Part shown: piece by piece, positions 1-8,065 of the stretch
How the letters are laid out: every line of letters starts with the position of its first letter
Numbering within the stretch: the first letter of the stretch is position 1
NCBI GenBank assembly: GCA_050309605.1
Contig: JBNRMN010000006.1
Span: 1-19,968 of the forward strand
Reading direction: 5' to 3'
DNA: 19,968 nucleotides
Origin: Anaerohalosphaeraceae bacterium
GTDB taxonomy: Bacteria; Planctomycetota; Phycisphaerae; Sedimentisphaerales; Anaerohalosphaeraceae
The notes under the pieces: model-generated
What the model saw: the letters and a program-made list of their open reading frames with translations, nothing else
Database searches by the model: none
What the model was told of the DNA's origin: nothing
Translations under genes and position numbers: made by a program

Positions 1-27
1 GACAGATTGTTCCGTGCGTTGTTTCAT
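1..27 (-). CDS. possible 5' end of a gene running off the left edge (MKQRTEQSV...)
   Basis: ATG at 27-25 on the minus strand is open to the window edge and lies 8 nt downstream of a promoter-like -10. Only 9 codons are visible. Confidence 0.2.
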
Positions 28-35
28 TACACGAA

Positions 36-63
36 ACAATACTCAAAATACAGGATGGCGCAA
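36..63 (-). promoter_or_regulatory. putative sigma70-type promoter firing leftwards
   Basis: Minus strand TTGCGC-16 nt-TATTGT, with an AT-rich tract (64-105) upstream of it. Confidence 0.25.
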
Positions 64-119
64 GTCTAAAATATGAATTTTTCAAAGAATTTTTAAAATT
101 TTTGCTTCAAACGGCTAAA

Positions 120-530
120 ATCTTACTCTTGATGAATTTGGACGATCCCTCGCCTGAGATTGCAGAAGCGATTACCGCCGGGGTGCAATGGTATTGCGCC
201 GCGCGGATTGAAGGCGTCCGCGTTGTGATGGAAGACGACATCCCCCGCGTCATCTGCGATCCCGACGCACCGACACTGTGGGCCAGATTTTACGAAATTG
301 AAACCAACCGTCCCCTGTTCAGCAACCGAGACGGACAGCCGCTGTACGATTACAATCTGCTGGATCCGGAACGCAGCATCGGCTACAAATGGCTGGATGA
401 CTGGGGCGAAGATGTCTTTGATGCGTATGAACGCTGGCGGAAAAAATGGCATCGCCATCTGGAGATTGACCTGCCGGTTGTAAAGGATATGCTCAGCGGC
501 TCTGAGGCCTGTACATTGTCCTGTCAATAG
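120..530 (+). pseudogene. pelA: C-terminal remnant of a PL10 (PelA/Pel-15E family) pectate lyase
   Basis: LMNLDDPSPEIAEAITAGVQW...LWARFYEIETNRPLFSNRDG...ERSIGYKW is the typical PL10 C-terminus. The in-frame sequence upstream of ~120 is AT-rich, reads QIVPCVVSLHETILKIQDGASLKYEFFKEFLKF, and lacks the expected WxQQyD...ARxyE catalytic segment. Confidence 0.7.
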
Positions 531-662
531 CACGACGGGTAAAATACACAAAAAAGACACAATATGGCTATGAATGGGATCAAAATTTTATCACAATTTA
601 GATTTTTTTGGCAAATTCTCCCGTTTTCCACCCATTATCCAAATGACTGTTGAGGTGGATTT

Positions 663-1208
663 ATGAGGGAAAAAAGCGATAAAAAATGTACAGCCGTCCC
701 GAAAACCCAATATGAAACATTTCTGCGTTTGTTTCGGGCTAATGAAGATCGTTTATTCGGTTTTATTCTGAAGCTGCTGCCCAACTTTTCCCTTGCCGAA
801 GACATTATGCAGGAAACGATGATGACTATGTGGCGCAAGTTTGACGAATTCAAAGAGGGCACCTCCTTTGCGGCGTGGGGGATGAAGATCGCCCGCTACA
901 AAGTCCTCGAATTCCACCATCAGAATCGACGTCCCGGCGTGGTCTATCTGAATGACGAGATATTGGGCAAACTCATCGATGACGATCATTCCGAAAAACA
1001 TGATAATTTCTATCTGGAAGCACTGCACGGCTGCGTCGAGAAGCTCAAAGACCAGAACCACAAAATCATTACCCTGCGCTATTCGCGGCAGTTGTCCGTC
1101 AGGCAAATCGCCCAGCAATTGTCGGTTTCGGCCAATGTTGTTTATAAGGCGATGGCAAAAATCCACTATATCCTTCAGCAGTGTATTGAAAAGGCGACAG
1201 CCTCTTGA
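663..1208 (+). CDS. ECF sigma-70 factor (planctomycete/verrucomicrobial-type)
   Basis: Region 2 motifs AEDIMQET, MWRKFDEF, FAAWGMKIARYKV. Region 4 ITLRYSRQLSVRQIAQQL...LQQCIE. SD GAGGTGG upstream. 181 aa. Confidence 0.93.
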   Translation: MREKSDKKCTAVPKTQYETFLRLFRANEDRLFGFILKLLPNFSLAEDIMQETMMTMWRKFDEFKEGTSFAAWGMKIARYKVLEFHHQNRRPGVVYLNDEILGKLIDDDHSEKHDNFYLEALHGCVEKLKDQNHKIITLRYSRQLSVRQIAQQLSVSANVVYKAMAKIHYILQQCIEKATAS

Positions 1209-1217
1209 GGGTTGTTC

Positions 1218-3470
1218 ATGATGCGGGTTCAGGACAAAATTCTGATTCACGAGTGGGTCTGCAAGGCCCTTGAAGGAACCATCTCCGAGGCGGAAAGCCG
1301 ACGCCTTCAGGAGGTGCTTGTTGCGGAACCGCAAGCCATTCGATATTATCAGTCCTGTATTCACGTCAATGCTGGACTTCAAAAGATTCAACCCCTGCTG
1401 GCCGATTCCTTTGCCATGAGTTTGTGCCTGGAAGAGATGGCCGAGTATGAGAAAAACGCCGAGGTGATCCATGTGGCCGAGCCGGACGACGATACGCAGC
1501 GAACGCCCGTTCAGCTGGCCCCGGTTTCTGCTCCGGCGCGTCAAAACAGCCGCATGCTGCTCTATACGGCGATTCTTTCGACCGCGGCGCTGCTGCTGAT
1601 GATGCTGTACGTCTATCACAATCCCCGGCCCATCCGCCAGGAAGTGGCGACCTTGATTGATTCACTGAATGCCGAGTGGCGCAATCCGGAACACGCCCTG
1701 CGAAACGGGCAGCGGGTGATGACCGCGCAGGGCCCGGCCGTGCTGGACCGCGGGATGGTCAAGCTGCTCTATGACGACGGCGTCGAGGTGGTGATCGAAG
1801 GCCCGGCCGAATACGAACTGCTCAGCTCGATGGAAATTGCGCTGTACGACGGTCGTTTGTTTGCCTCTGTCTCGGATGCCGGTAAAGGGTTTACCGTCCG
1901 TACACAGAATACCCGCATCATCGATTTGGGCACGGAGTTCGGCGTCGCGTCCGATGCCGGCGGCAATACGGAATTGCACGTCTTCAAGGGCAAAACCGCC
2001 CTGATTGCCGGATTCGAACGTAAGCAAAAAGAAATCGTCGAAGTCAGCGCTCGGCAGGCCCGCCGTGTGGACGCCTTAAATGCCGATATCCGGGCGATTG
2101 AGCTGGCCGCGACCGGTTTTGCACGGGCGTTTGATTCGCGCAAAAGAACCGTCTGGCGGGGCGAGTCGGTTGTGGATCTGGCGTATGTGCTGGGCGGCGA
2201 CCTGATCCCGATGGGCGCCGATGAGGCCGCCTTGACTCGTCTGCCAGAAACGAGATGGCTCAGGCCGCAGCAAGACGAGCTGGGACCCGGCATGTTTCAG
2301 CCCATCGCGGACAACCCGTTCGTCAACGGCATCTTTTTGCCCAACGGTGTGGACGGTCCGATTGCTGTTTCGACGGATGCGCAGTTGCGCTGGGAGGCGC
2401 CGTTGTCTCCGGTTCGTCAAAAAATCAGCTTTCTGCGGTTTGACATCCGCTCGCTCAGCGGCGATCCGTCCGGTGCTGTCCTGCGTCTGAACGTTCGAGA
2501 TATGGTCGGCGCCGGCAAACCGATTGCCGTTTACGGACTGGTTCGCGAAGACCTCGATGCGTGGTCGGAAGCTCAGTTAAGTTATCGTAACGCTCCCGGT
2601 TTGCGCGATGCACCGCTCGGCCGTTATGTCCTGGATACGACGGTTTTGCAGCGGCTGGGAACAATCACATTCAGCGATTCGGGGGCGCATTACTCGGATC
2701 CGGACAGGCTCTTTCTGGATGACTTTGTCCGGCGCGACACCAACGGCCTGCTGACACTGGCGCTGCTGTGTGAAGACAGTGATCTATCGGCCGAATGGCG
2801 TTTTGTCTCCAAAGAAGGCGACCCGTCGCAGGCGCCGGCGCTGATTTTCCCCCACGCTGAAAACGGTCCGGTGGAGGTGACCACTGCCCATGGAAACGGC
2901 GCCGATACCTATGCCGCCCATGATAACCATCACAAGGTAATCACAACGGAAATGACCCACGGTGCGGAAACTGCTGTCCGTGTGCGGAATTACTGGAAGG
3001 AAACGATTCTGATTACCAACGCCGATACGGTCGCATTTGACGCGGCCGACGGCGGCGCAACCTGCACCTTTTCGCTGAGTCAGCGGCCGGTCGGAACTGC
3101 GGCCAATCCCGCCGTTGCGATGCGGGCCAACGCCGGCGTGACATTTGACCTGCACCAGATGCAGCGCTGCGTGCCGGAGAATCGACCGCCTCGCCGCTTT
3201 ACGGCGGTGTGCGGCGTCCCCGAAAATATGGCCGATTATTCAACCGTCTATCGCGACGGCTATGTGCCGAGCGTCAATGTATATGTGCTCGTCGATGGCC
3301 GTCTTCGCTTCACCCGCACCGACGTCAATCCGACGCGGGAGCCGGAGCGGATTCGGCTGGAACTGACGCCCGACGATCGTTATCTGACGCTGGTGGTCAC
3401 CAGTGCGACCGAACAAAAAACGCCGTTTGACTGGTGTCTGTTTGTCAGACCCCGTATTCTGTTTGAATAA
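1218..3470 (+). CDS. FecR-domain anti-sigma factor with inserted DNRLRE/CBM96-like domain and C-terminal NPCBM-like domain
   Basis: N-terminal anti-sigma helices (LEGTISEAESRRLQEVL), one TM helix (LLYTAILSTAALLLMMLYVY), FecR motifs (VVIEGPA, GFTVRT, IIDLGTEFGV, ELHVFKG), then SFLRFD...SKE...PAL, then ANAGVTFDL...VLVDG...YLTLVVT...DWCLFVRPRI. Start placed at ATG 1218 (GAGG at 1207-1210); TTG 1212 is an alternative. Confidence 0.88.
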   Translation: MMRVQDKILIHEWVCKALEGTISEAESRRLQEVLVAEPQAIRYYQSCIHVNAGLQKIQPLLADSFAMSLCLEEMAEYEKNAEVIHVAEPDDDTQRTPVQLAPVSAPARQNSRMLLYTAILSTAALLLMMLYVYHNPRPIRQEVATLIDSLNAEWRNPEHALRNGQRVMTAQGPAVLDRGMVKLLYDDGVEVVIEGPAEYELLSSMEIALYDGRLFASVSDAGKGFTVRTQNTRIIDLGTEFGVASDAGGNTELHVFKGKTALIAGFERKQKEIVEVSARQARRVDALNADIRAIELAATGFARAFDSRKRTVWRGESVVDLAYVLGGDLIPMGADEAALTRLPETRWLRPQQDELGPGMFQPIADNPFVNGIFLPNGVDGPIAVSTDAQLRWEAPLSPVRQKISFLRFDIRSLSGDPSGAVLRLNVRDMVGAGKPIAVYGLVREDLDAWSEAQLSYRNAPGLRDAPLGRYVLDTTVLQRLGTITFSDSGAHYSDPDRLFLDDFVRRDTNGLLTLALLCEDSDLSAEWRFVSKEGDPSQAPALIFPHAENGPVEVTTAHGNGADTYAAHDNHHKVITTEMTHGAETAVRVRNYWKETILITNADTVAFDAADGGATCTFSLSQRPVGTAANPAVAMRANAGVTFDLHQMQRCVPENRPPRRFTAVCGVPENMADYSTVYRDGYVPSVNVYVLVDGRLRFTRTDVNPTREPERIRLELTPDDRYLTLVVTSATEQKTPFDWCLFVRPRILFE

Positions 3471-3501
3471 GACCCTCATGGACGATTTTAAGGAGAAGAA
3501 C

Positions 3502-4296
3502 ATGATACAGAAAAAAAACAGTAAAAAAGGCTTTACCCTGATCGAACTGCTGGTCGTCATCGCCATTATCGCATTGCTGTTGTCGATTGTCGTGCCGGCG
3601 ATGCGCAAGGCCAAAGAGTACGCCCGTAAGATAATCTGTCAGTCCAACCACAGACAGTTGGGCCTTGTCCTTGGCTCCTATGAATCGCACACGGGCTACA
3701 ATTTCCGCAATTACCCGTCTGCCATTGGAATGTCCAATGCCGAGCTGCAGAGACATTGGTTCTGGTACAACGGCACCGGTGACTATGCTCACGAAGCGGA
3801 GCCTTATGCCATACGCCATCTGATGAATGCCGGCATTTTGCCTTCTTATGAGGTGCTTTTCTGCCCCGGCGTGAAAAATCTTTCGCATGATAAGAACTAC
3901 CCGCTCAGCAGAGTGGCGGCAGGGGATTATACCCCTTACGATACGGAAACGATCTATGCGATGATCGACAGCGGTCAGTTGCCGTCTAATGACAGGCCAT
4001 TTTTCTGGAGTACGCATACGTGGATCTGGAAAAAAGAGATTCGAGATAATGTGGTCTCGGTGAATAATATGTCTTCCGGTGCAATGATGTGTGATATGAC
4101 GAGCGGGGCCTGGGATTTTGCATCGAGTACGAATGCCAACTTTCGAAATTTCTTTAATTCAGTCGGCATTTCGCGAATGTTTCAGCATGGCAATGTCCTG
4201 ATGAGTGATATGAGCGTCAAAAATCCTACCGACAAGGATGAAGAATTGGTCCAATGGTTGTGGAATGCGGATTCATGGGCAGGTATGAGTTATTAG
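3502..4296 (+). CDS. type IV prepilin-like protein (N-methylation motif; DUF1559/H-X9-DG-like class)
   Basis: KKG|FTLIELLVVIAIIALLLSIVVPAMRKAKEYARKIICQSNHRQLG, internal VLFCPG, C-terminal HGNVLMSDMSV. ATG 3502 follows AAGGAGA, so the ORF-track start at 3403 is too early. Confidence 0.92.
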   Translation: MIQKKNSKKGFTLIELLVVIAIIALLLSIVVPAMRKAKEYARKIICQSNHRQLGLVLGSYESHTGYNFRNYPSAIGMSNAELQRHWFWYNGTGDYAHEAEPYAIRHLMNAGILPSYEVLFCPGVKNLSHDKNYPLSRVAAGDYTPYDTETIYAMIDSGQLPSNDRPFFWSTHTWIWKKEIRDNVVSVNNMSSGAMMCDMTSGAWDFASSTNANFRNFFNSVGISRMFQHGNVLMSDMSVKNPTDKDEELVQWLWNADSWAGMSY

Positions 4297-4303
4297 CAGG
4301 ACA

Positions 4304-4332
4304 TGAACGTTGCCAACGAGGTGTTACGTTCA
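4304..4332 (+). other. intergenic stem-loop without U-tract
   Basis: TGAACGT (4304-4310) pairs with ACGTTCA (4326-4332). Confidence 0.35.
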
Positions 4333-4381
4333 ATCTCTATGATTTAATCGGTTTATGTCAACTTTTTTTCGGAGGTGAATT

Positions 4382-6619
4382 ATGATGAGTCGAAAGTGGT
4401 TAGCAGCAGGATGTCTGGCTGTCTGTTTGGCAATAGCGGTGCCGACGGCCTTGGCCAACGTATCCGACCCGAACATCATTACCGGTGTTGTTCAGGTCAA
4501 CAGAACCCGACCGGATGCACCCCTTGTGGTTAATGGCGGGCTGACGGAAGGGGCAAAGATTTTCGTGGATCGCGACAATTTCTTCTACGGCGATGTCGGC
4601 GCCTTTGAGGGGCTGGACTACATCCAGACCGTGATGGACGACAAAACCAATCCGGACGTGGAGTATCACGTCATCGTCAACAAACCGGGGACATTGTTTT
4701 TGTTTGTGGACAATCGCGTCGGAAACGGTGAAGCGTCAGATCCCCCCGTTCTGGGTGAGGGCGTGATGAATTGGGCGATTGAAATGGGCTTTGAAGTCAG
4801 CCCCTTTGCCATCAACTTCAGCGAGCCGGCCACGGCCTATGCACTGCCGGTCAGCGGTGATCCCAATACCATCGTGTTAGGTCCCCAGAACGACGGCAGC
4901 AGCCGTGCAATGTACACCATTGCCGCGGCGCCGGCCGGCTGGAATTTCCCCCCCGTCGTAGAAGGCGTACCCTCTTCGGCGCAGGTTGCTCCGGGAGAAA
5001 CGCTTAAAATCAATGCCGTCGTCTCCGATGACGGTTTCCCCGAAGATCCCGGCGAGGTCACGGTGATGTGGTCGGTAGAAGATGCCCCGGACGGAGCCAT
5101 TGTGACGTTTGACCCCGATATCTATTCTACGGATGTCGAAATCAGCTTTTCGGAGTTGGGCGAATACACCCTTAAATTGACCGCGGATGACGGCGACAAG
5201 GTAACGGAAAAAGTGATTGCTGTGGCCATCGCCATTCCGAGCTACGTGCTTCAGGCCGCAGATTGGTGTGATGTCTGTAACGACAGCAATACCGGGCCAA
5301 ACAGTACACGCAGATCGTCTATCTCCGATATCAAGAACTATAATGATGGCAGTGCTCAGAGACGTCGCGTCTCATTCTACCGGTATAACATCGCTGACTT
5401 GAAACAGGAAGGTAAAGTCTTTGCCAATTCGTATTTGACCTATCAGGTGGACAAATGGACCAATCCGGCCCAGGCTCATGTCTATGCGTACGCGATTAAT
5501 GAGGAACTGGATGGCTTCACGCTTCAGGTGACGACCTGGAATACGGCGCCCGGCGTTATGAACAGCCCGACGCCTCCATTGAACTCTGAGATCACAATTG
5601 AAACGCTGGATACCGCTGATATCTCCCCGCTTTTGCTGTCGTTTCAGGTCAGTACGCTGGATGTCTGGGAAGATTCTGCAAAATTCCCCGGATTAGACGA
5701 GGCGCTCAATGCGGATACGGATGGCAGCATCGTGCTGATGTTCATTTGCCATGACCCCGAAAGTAAGGGTTTTGAGTTTTGCTCGCCAAGTCATTCGCGT
5801 TCTCTGACCATGGATGGAGTTGCGAAAAAGGGTATTCTTCTCAACACACAAGTAGCGACGCCGACATGGGCGACCAACCCGGTTCCTGTAATGAATACCA
5901 GCCAGGGCACAGGCCTGTCGCAATTAAGCTGGACTAATCCGGCCGGCGTTGGCGACATCACCTGCGATGTCTATATCGGCATCGGGGAGCCAAATGCATC
6001 TCAGGCCGATTATGGCTACACGACGCTGGGAACCGGAATTTCCGGAAATTCAGTTTCTATTCCTTCCGGTCTGCTGTCCGTAAATACCGTGTACAACTGG
6101 ATCGTGGATGTTCATGACAGTGTTGTTGGGACCACAAGAGGCTATGTCTGGTCCTTCAACACCAATAATGCAATGCCAACCGTTACAATGGAAAAACCTT
6201 TCCAATATCTCTGGTTAGGCAATGACGGCGACCCGACCTCTGCGACCGCCGTTCTCAATGCCACGGTCGAAGATGATAACTTCCCGGCTCCCTATACGTT
6301 GCTTTGGGAACAAGTCAGCGCCCCCGAAGGCGTTGAGGTCGTCATTGATCCCAACGATGTGGAAGACATAATGCTTGTGCTGCCTCAGGCAGGAACCTAT
6401 GTGTTCAAGCTGTCGGCCGATGACACGGGTCTGGTCGGTTCGGCTTCGACTGAAATCTTCGTCGGCGCTGATCCGTGCGAAGCGGCTCAGGCCAAGCCGG
6501 ATTATGTGCAGAACCCGGCCGATTTCAACAATGATTGCTTCGTGGACTTGTCGGACTTCGCCTTCTTTGCGGCACAATGGCTGGAGTGCAATCCTGCTAT
6601 GGATGCTCCCTGTCACTAA
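4382..6619 (+). CDS. secreted multidomain non-catalytic protein (PKD/Ig-like x2, DNRLRE/CBM96-like, Fn3-like, C-terminal dockerin-like)
   Basis: Signal peptide ending ALA. Two PKD-like repeats (VSDDG...YTLKLTADDG; VEDDN...YVFKLSADD). RRVSFYRYNI...TTWNTAPG domain. ATNPVP...YNWIVD...VWSFNT module. ADFNNDCFVDLSDFAFFAAQWL at the end. SD GGAGGTG. Confidence 0.8.
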   Translation: MMSRKWLAAGCLAVCLAIAVPTALANVSDPNIITGVVQVNRTRPDAPLVVNGGLTEGAKIFVDRDNFFYGDVGAFEGLDYIQTVMDDKTNPDVEYHVIVNKPGTLFLFVDNRVGNGEASDPPVLGEGVMNWAIEMGFEVSPFAINFSEPATAYALPVSGDPNTIVLGPQNDGSSRAMYTIAAAPAGWNFPPVVEGVPSSAQVAPGETLKINAVVSDDGFPEDPGEVTVMWSVEDAPDGAIVTFDPDIYSTDVEISFSELGEYTLKLTADDGDKVTEKVIAVAIAIPSYVLQAADWCDVCNDSNTGPNSTRRSSISDIKNYNDGSAQRRRVSFYRYNIADLKQEGKVFANSYLTYQVDKWTNPAQAHVYAYAINEELDGFTLQVTTWNTAPGVMNSPTPPLNSEITIETLDTADISPLLLSFQVSTLDVWEDSAKFPGLDEALNADTDGSIVLMFICHDPESKGFEFCSPSHSRSLTMDGVAKKGILLNTQVATPTWATNPVPVMNTSQGTGLSQLSWTNPAGVGDITCDVYIGIGEPNASQADYGYTTLGTGISGNSVSIPSGLLSVNTVYNWIVDVHDSVVGTTRGYVWSFNTNNAMPTVTMEKPFQYLWLGNDGDPTSATAVLNATVEDDNFPAPYTLLWEQVSAPEGVEVVIDPNDVEDIMLVLPQAGTYVFKLSADDTGLVGSASTEIFVGADPCEAAQAKPDYVQNPADFNNDCFVDLSDFAFFAAQWLECNPAMDAPCH

Positions 6620-6668
6620 GTGCGTTAAACAACGGCAAGTGCCCAATTGGTCATTCGTGTGATGTTTT

Positions 6669-6705
6669 CGGCAGTCGGGGAGATTTTTCCCGACTGCCGT
6701 TTTTT
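6669..6705 (+). terminator. intrinsic terminator
   Basis: 11-bp perfect stem CGGCAGTCGGG/CCCGACTGCCG followed by TTTTTT, about 50 nt after the stop at 6619. Confidence 0.85.
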
Positions 6706-6756
6706 GAGTATTGTCAATGTATAGGGAAGATCAACACATTTTAAGGAGAGTACGCA

Positions 6757-7974
6757 ATGATCGGACAAGTCATCGTTCAGCAAACGTCTCGGCTTATTGG
6801 ATTGGTGCTGCTGTGCGGCGTGTTGACGTCATGTTCAGCCGAACACCGGGCGTTGACGGATATCGCTCGGCTTGACAAACAGGCCGCGGTCGGTCTGCCG
6901 GCCCCAGCCGAGATACGGGCCAACATGGCGCGGGCTAATCGGTATTTTATGGACAAGTGGCCCGACCCGGGAGAGCCGATTGTGACCAATCGCCGGCGTC
7001 CGAGCAATATCTGGACGCGCGCGACTTATTATGAGGGGCTGATGGCCTTCTATGAAATCACCCCCCGGCCGGAATTTTATGAGTATGCCGTTGCCTGGGG
7101 CGAGGCGCACAACTGGGAGCTGGGCTATGGCGGCTGGCAGAGCCGGAACGCCGACAATCAATGCTGCGGGCAGACCTATATCGACCTGTATTTAATCGAC
7201 CCCAAGCCCGAACGCATTGCCAATATCCAAAAAAGCATCGATGCGATGGTCAACAGCGACAAGGCTGACGACTGGTGGTGGATTGATGCGCTGCAGATGG
7301 CCATGCCTGTGTTTGCACGGTTTGGCGTGTTGTACGACGATGACCGCTATTTCGAAAAAATGTATGATCTCTATATCTTTACCAAAGAAAAGCATGGCAA
7401 AAACGGTCTGTACAATCCTGAAGAAGGTCTCTGGTGGCGCGATAAAGACTTTGTTCCGCCCTACACAACCCCCGGCGGCAAAAACTGCTACTGGTCGCGC
7501 GGCAATGGCTGGGTCTTTGCGGCACTTGTGCGAGTCCTGGATATCATGCCTCCGGATGCTCCGCATCGGGACGAATACATCAAAACGTTTAAGGAAATGG
7601 CCGATGCACTGCTGCCGATCCAGCGGGATGACGGCTTCTGGAATGTGAGCCTGGTCGATCCGACCCATTACGGCGGCAAAGAAACAAGCGGCACGGCCTT
7701 TTTTGTCTATGGGTTTGCCTGGGGCGTGCGCAAGGGACTGCTCGACGAAGCGCGATTCTTGCCGGCGGCGATCCGAGGCTGGAACGGAATGGTTTATGAT
7801 GCGCTGCATCCCAACGGTTTTCTGGGCTACGTTCAGAGCACCGGTAAACAGCCCGGCGACGGCCAGCCGGTGACCTACGACAGCGTTCCCGATTTTGAAG
7901 ATTACGGCCTGGGCGCGTTTCTGCTGGCCGGGGCGGAAATGGTCAAGCTGGCACAATTGCCGCAGGGCCAATAA
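6757..7974 (+). CDS. GH105/GH88-clan unsaturated (rhamno)galacturonyl hydrolase, lipoprotein
   Basis: NADNQCCGQ, WWWIDALQMAMP, YWSRGNGWVFAALV, KETSGTAFFVYG, YGLGAFLLAG. Lipobox LTSC. SD AAGGAG. Confidence 0.92.
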   Translation: MIGQVIVQQTSRLIGLVLLCGVLTSCSAEHRALTDIARLDKQAAVGLPAPAEIRANMARANRYFMDKWPDPGEPIVTNRRRPSNIWTRATYYEGLMAFYEITPRPEFYEYAVAWGEAHNWELGYGGWQSRNADNQCCGQTYIDLYLIDPKPERIANIQKSIDAMVNSDKADDWWWIDALQMAMPVFARFGVLYDDDRYFEKMYDLYIFTKEKHGKNGLYNPEEGLWWRDKDFVPPYTTPGGKNCYWSRGNGWVFAALVRVLDIMPPDAPHRDEYIKTFKEMADALLPIQRDDGFWNVSLVDPTHYGGKETSGTAFFVYGFAWGVRKGLLDEARFLPAAIRGWNGMVYDALHPNGFLGYVQSTGKQPGDGQPVTYDSVPDFEDYGLGAFLLAGAEMVKLAQLPQGQ

Positions 7975-8065
7975 TTTTCGGGTTGCTCAGGCGACGATGA
8001 GCGGATAGACTCAATGCGTATAAGGGACGAGAGTATGGCAGTGTTGGTGTTGTGAGAGGCGCTCA

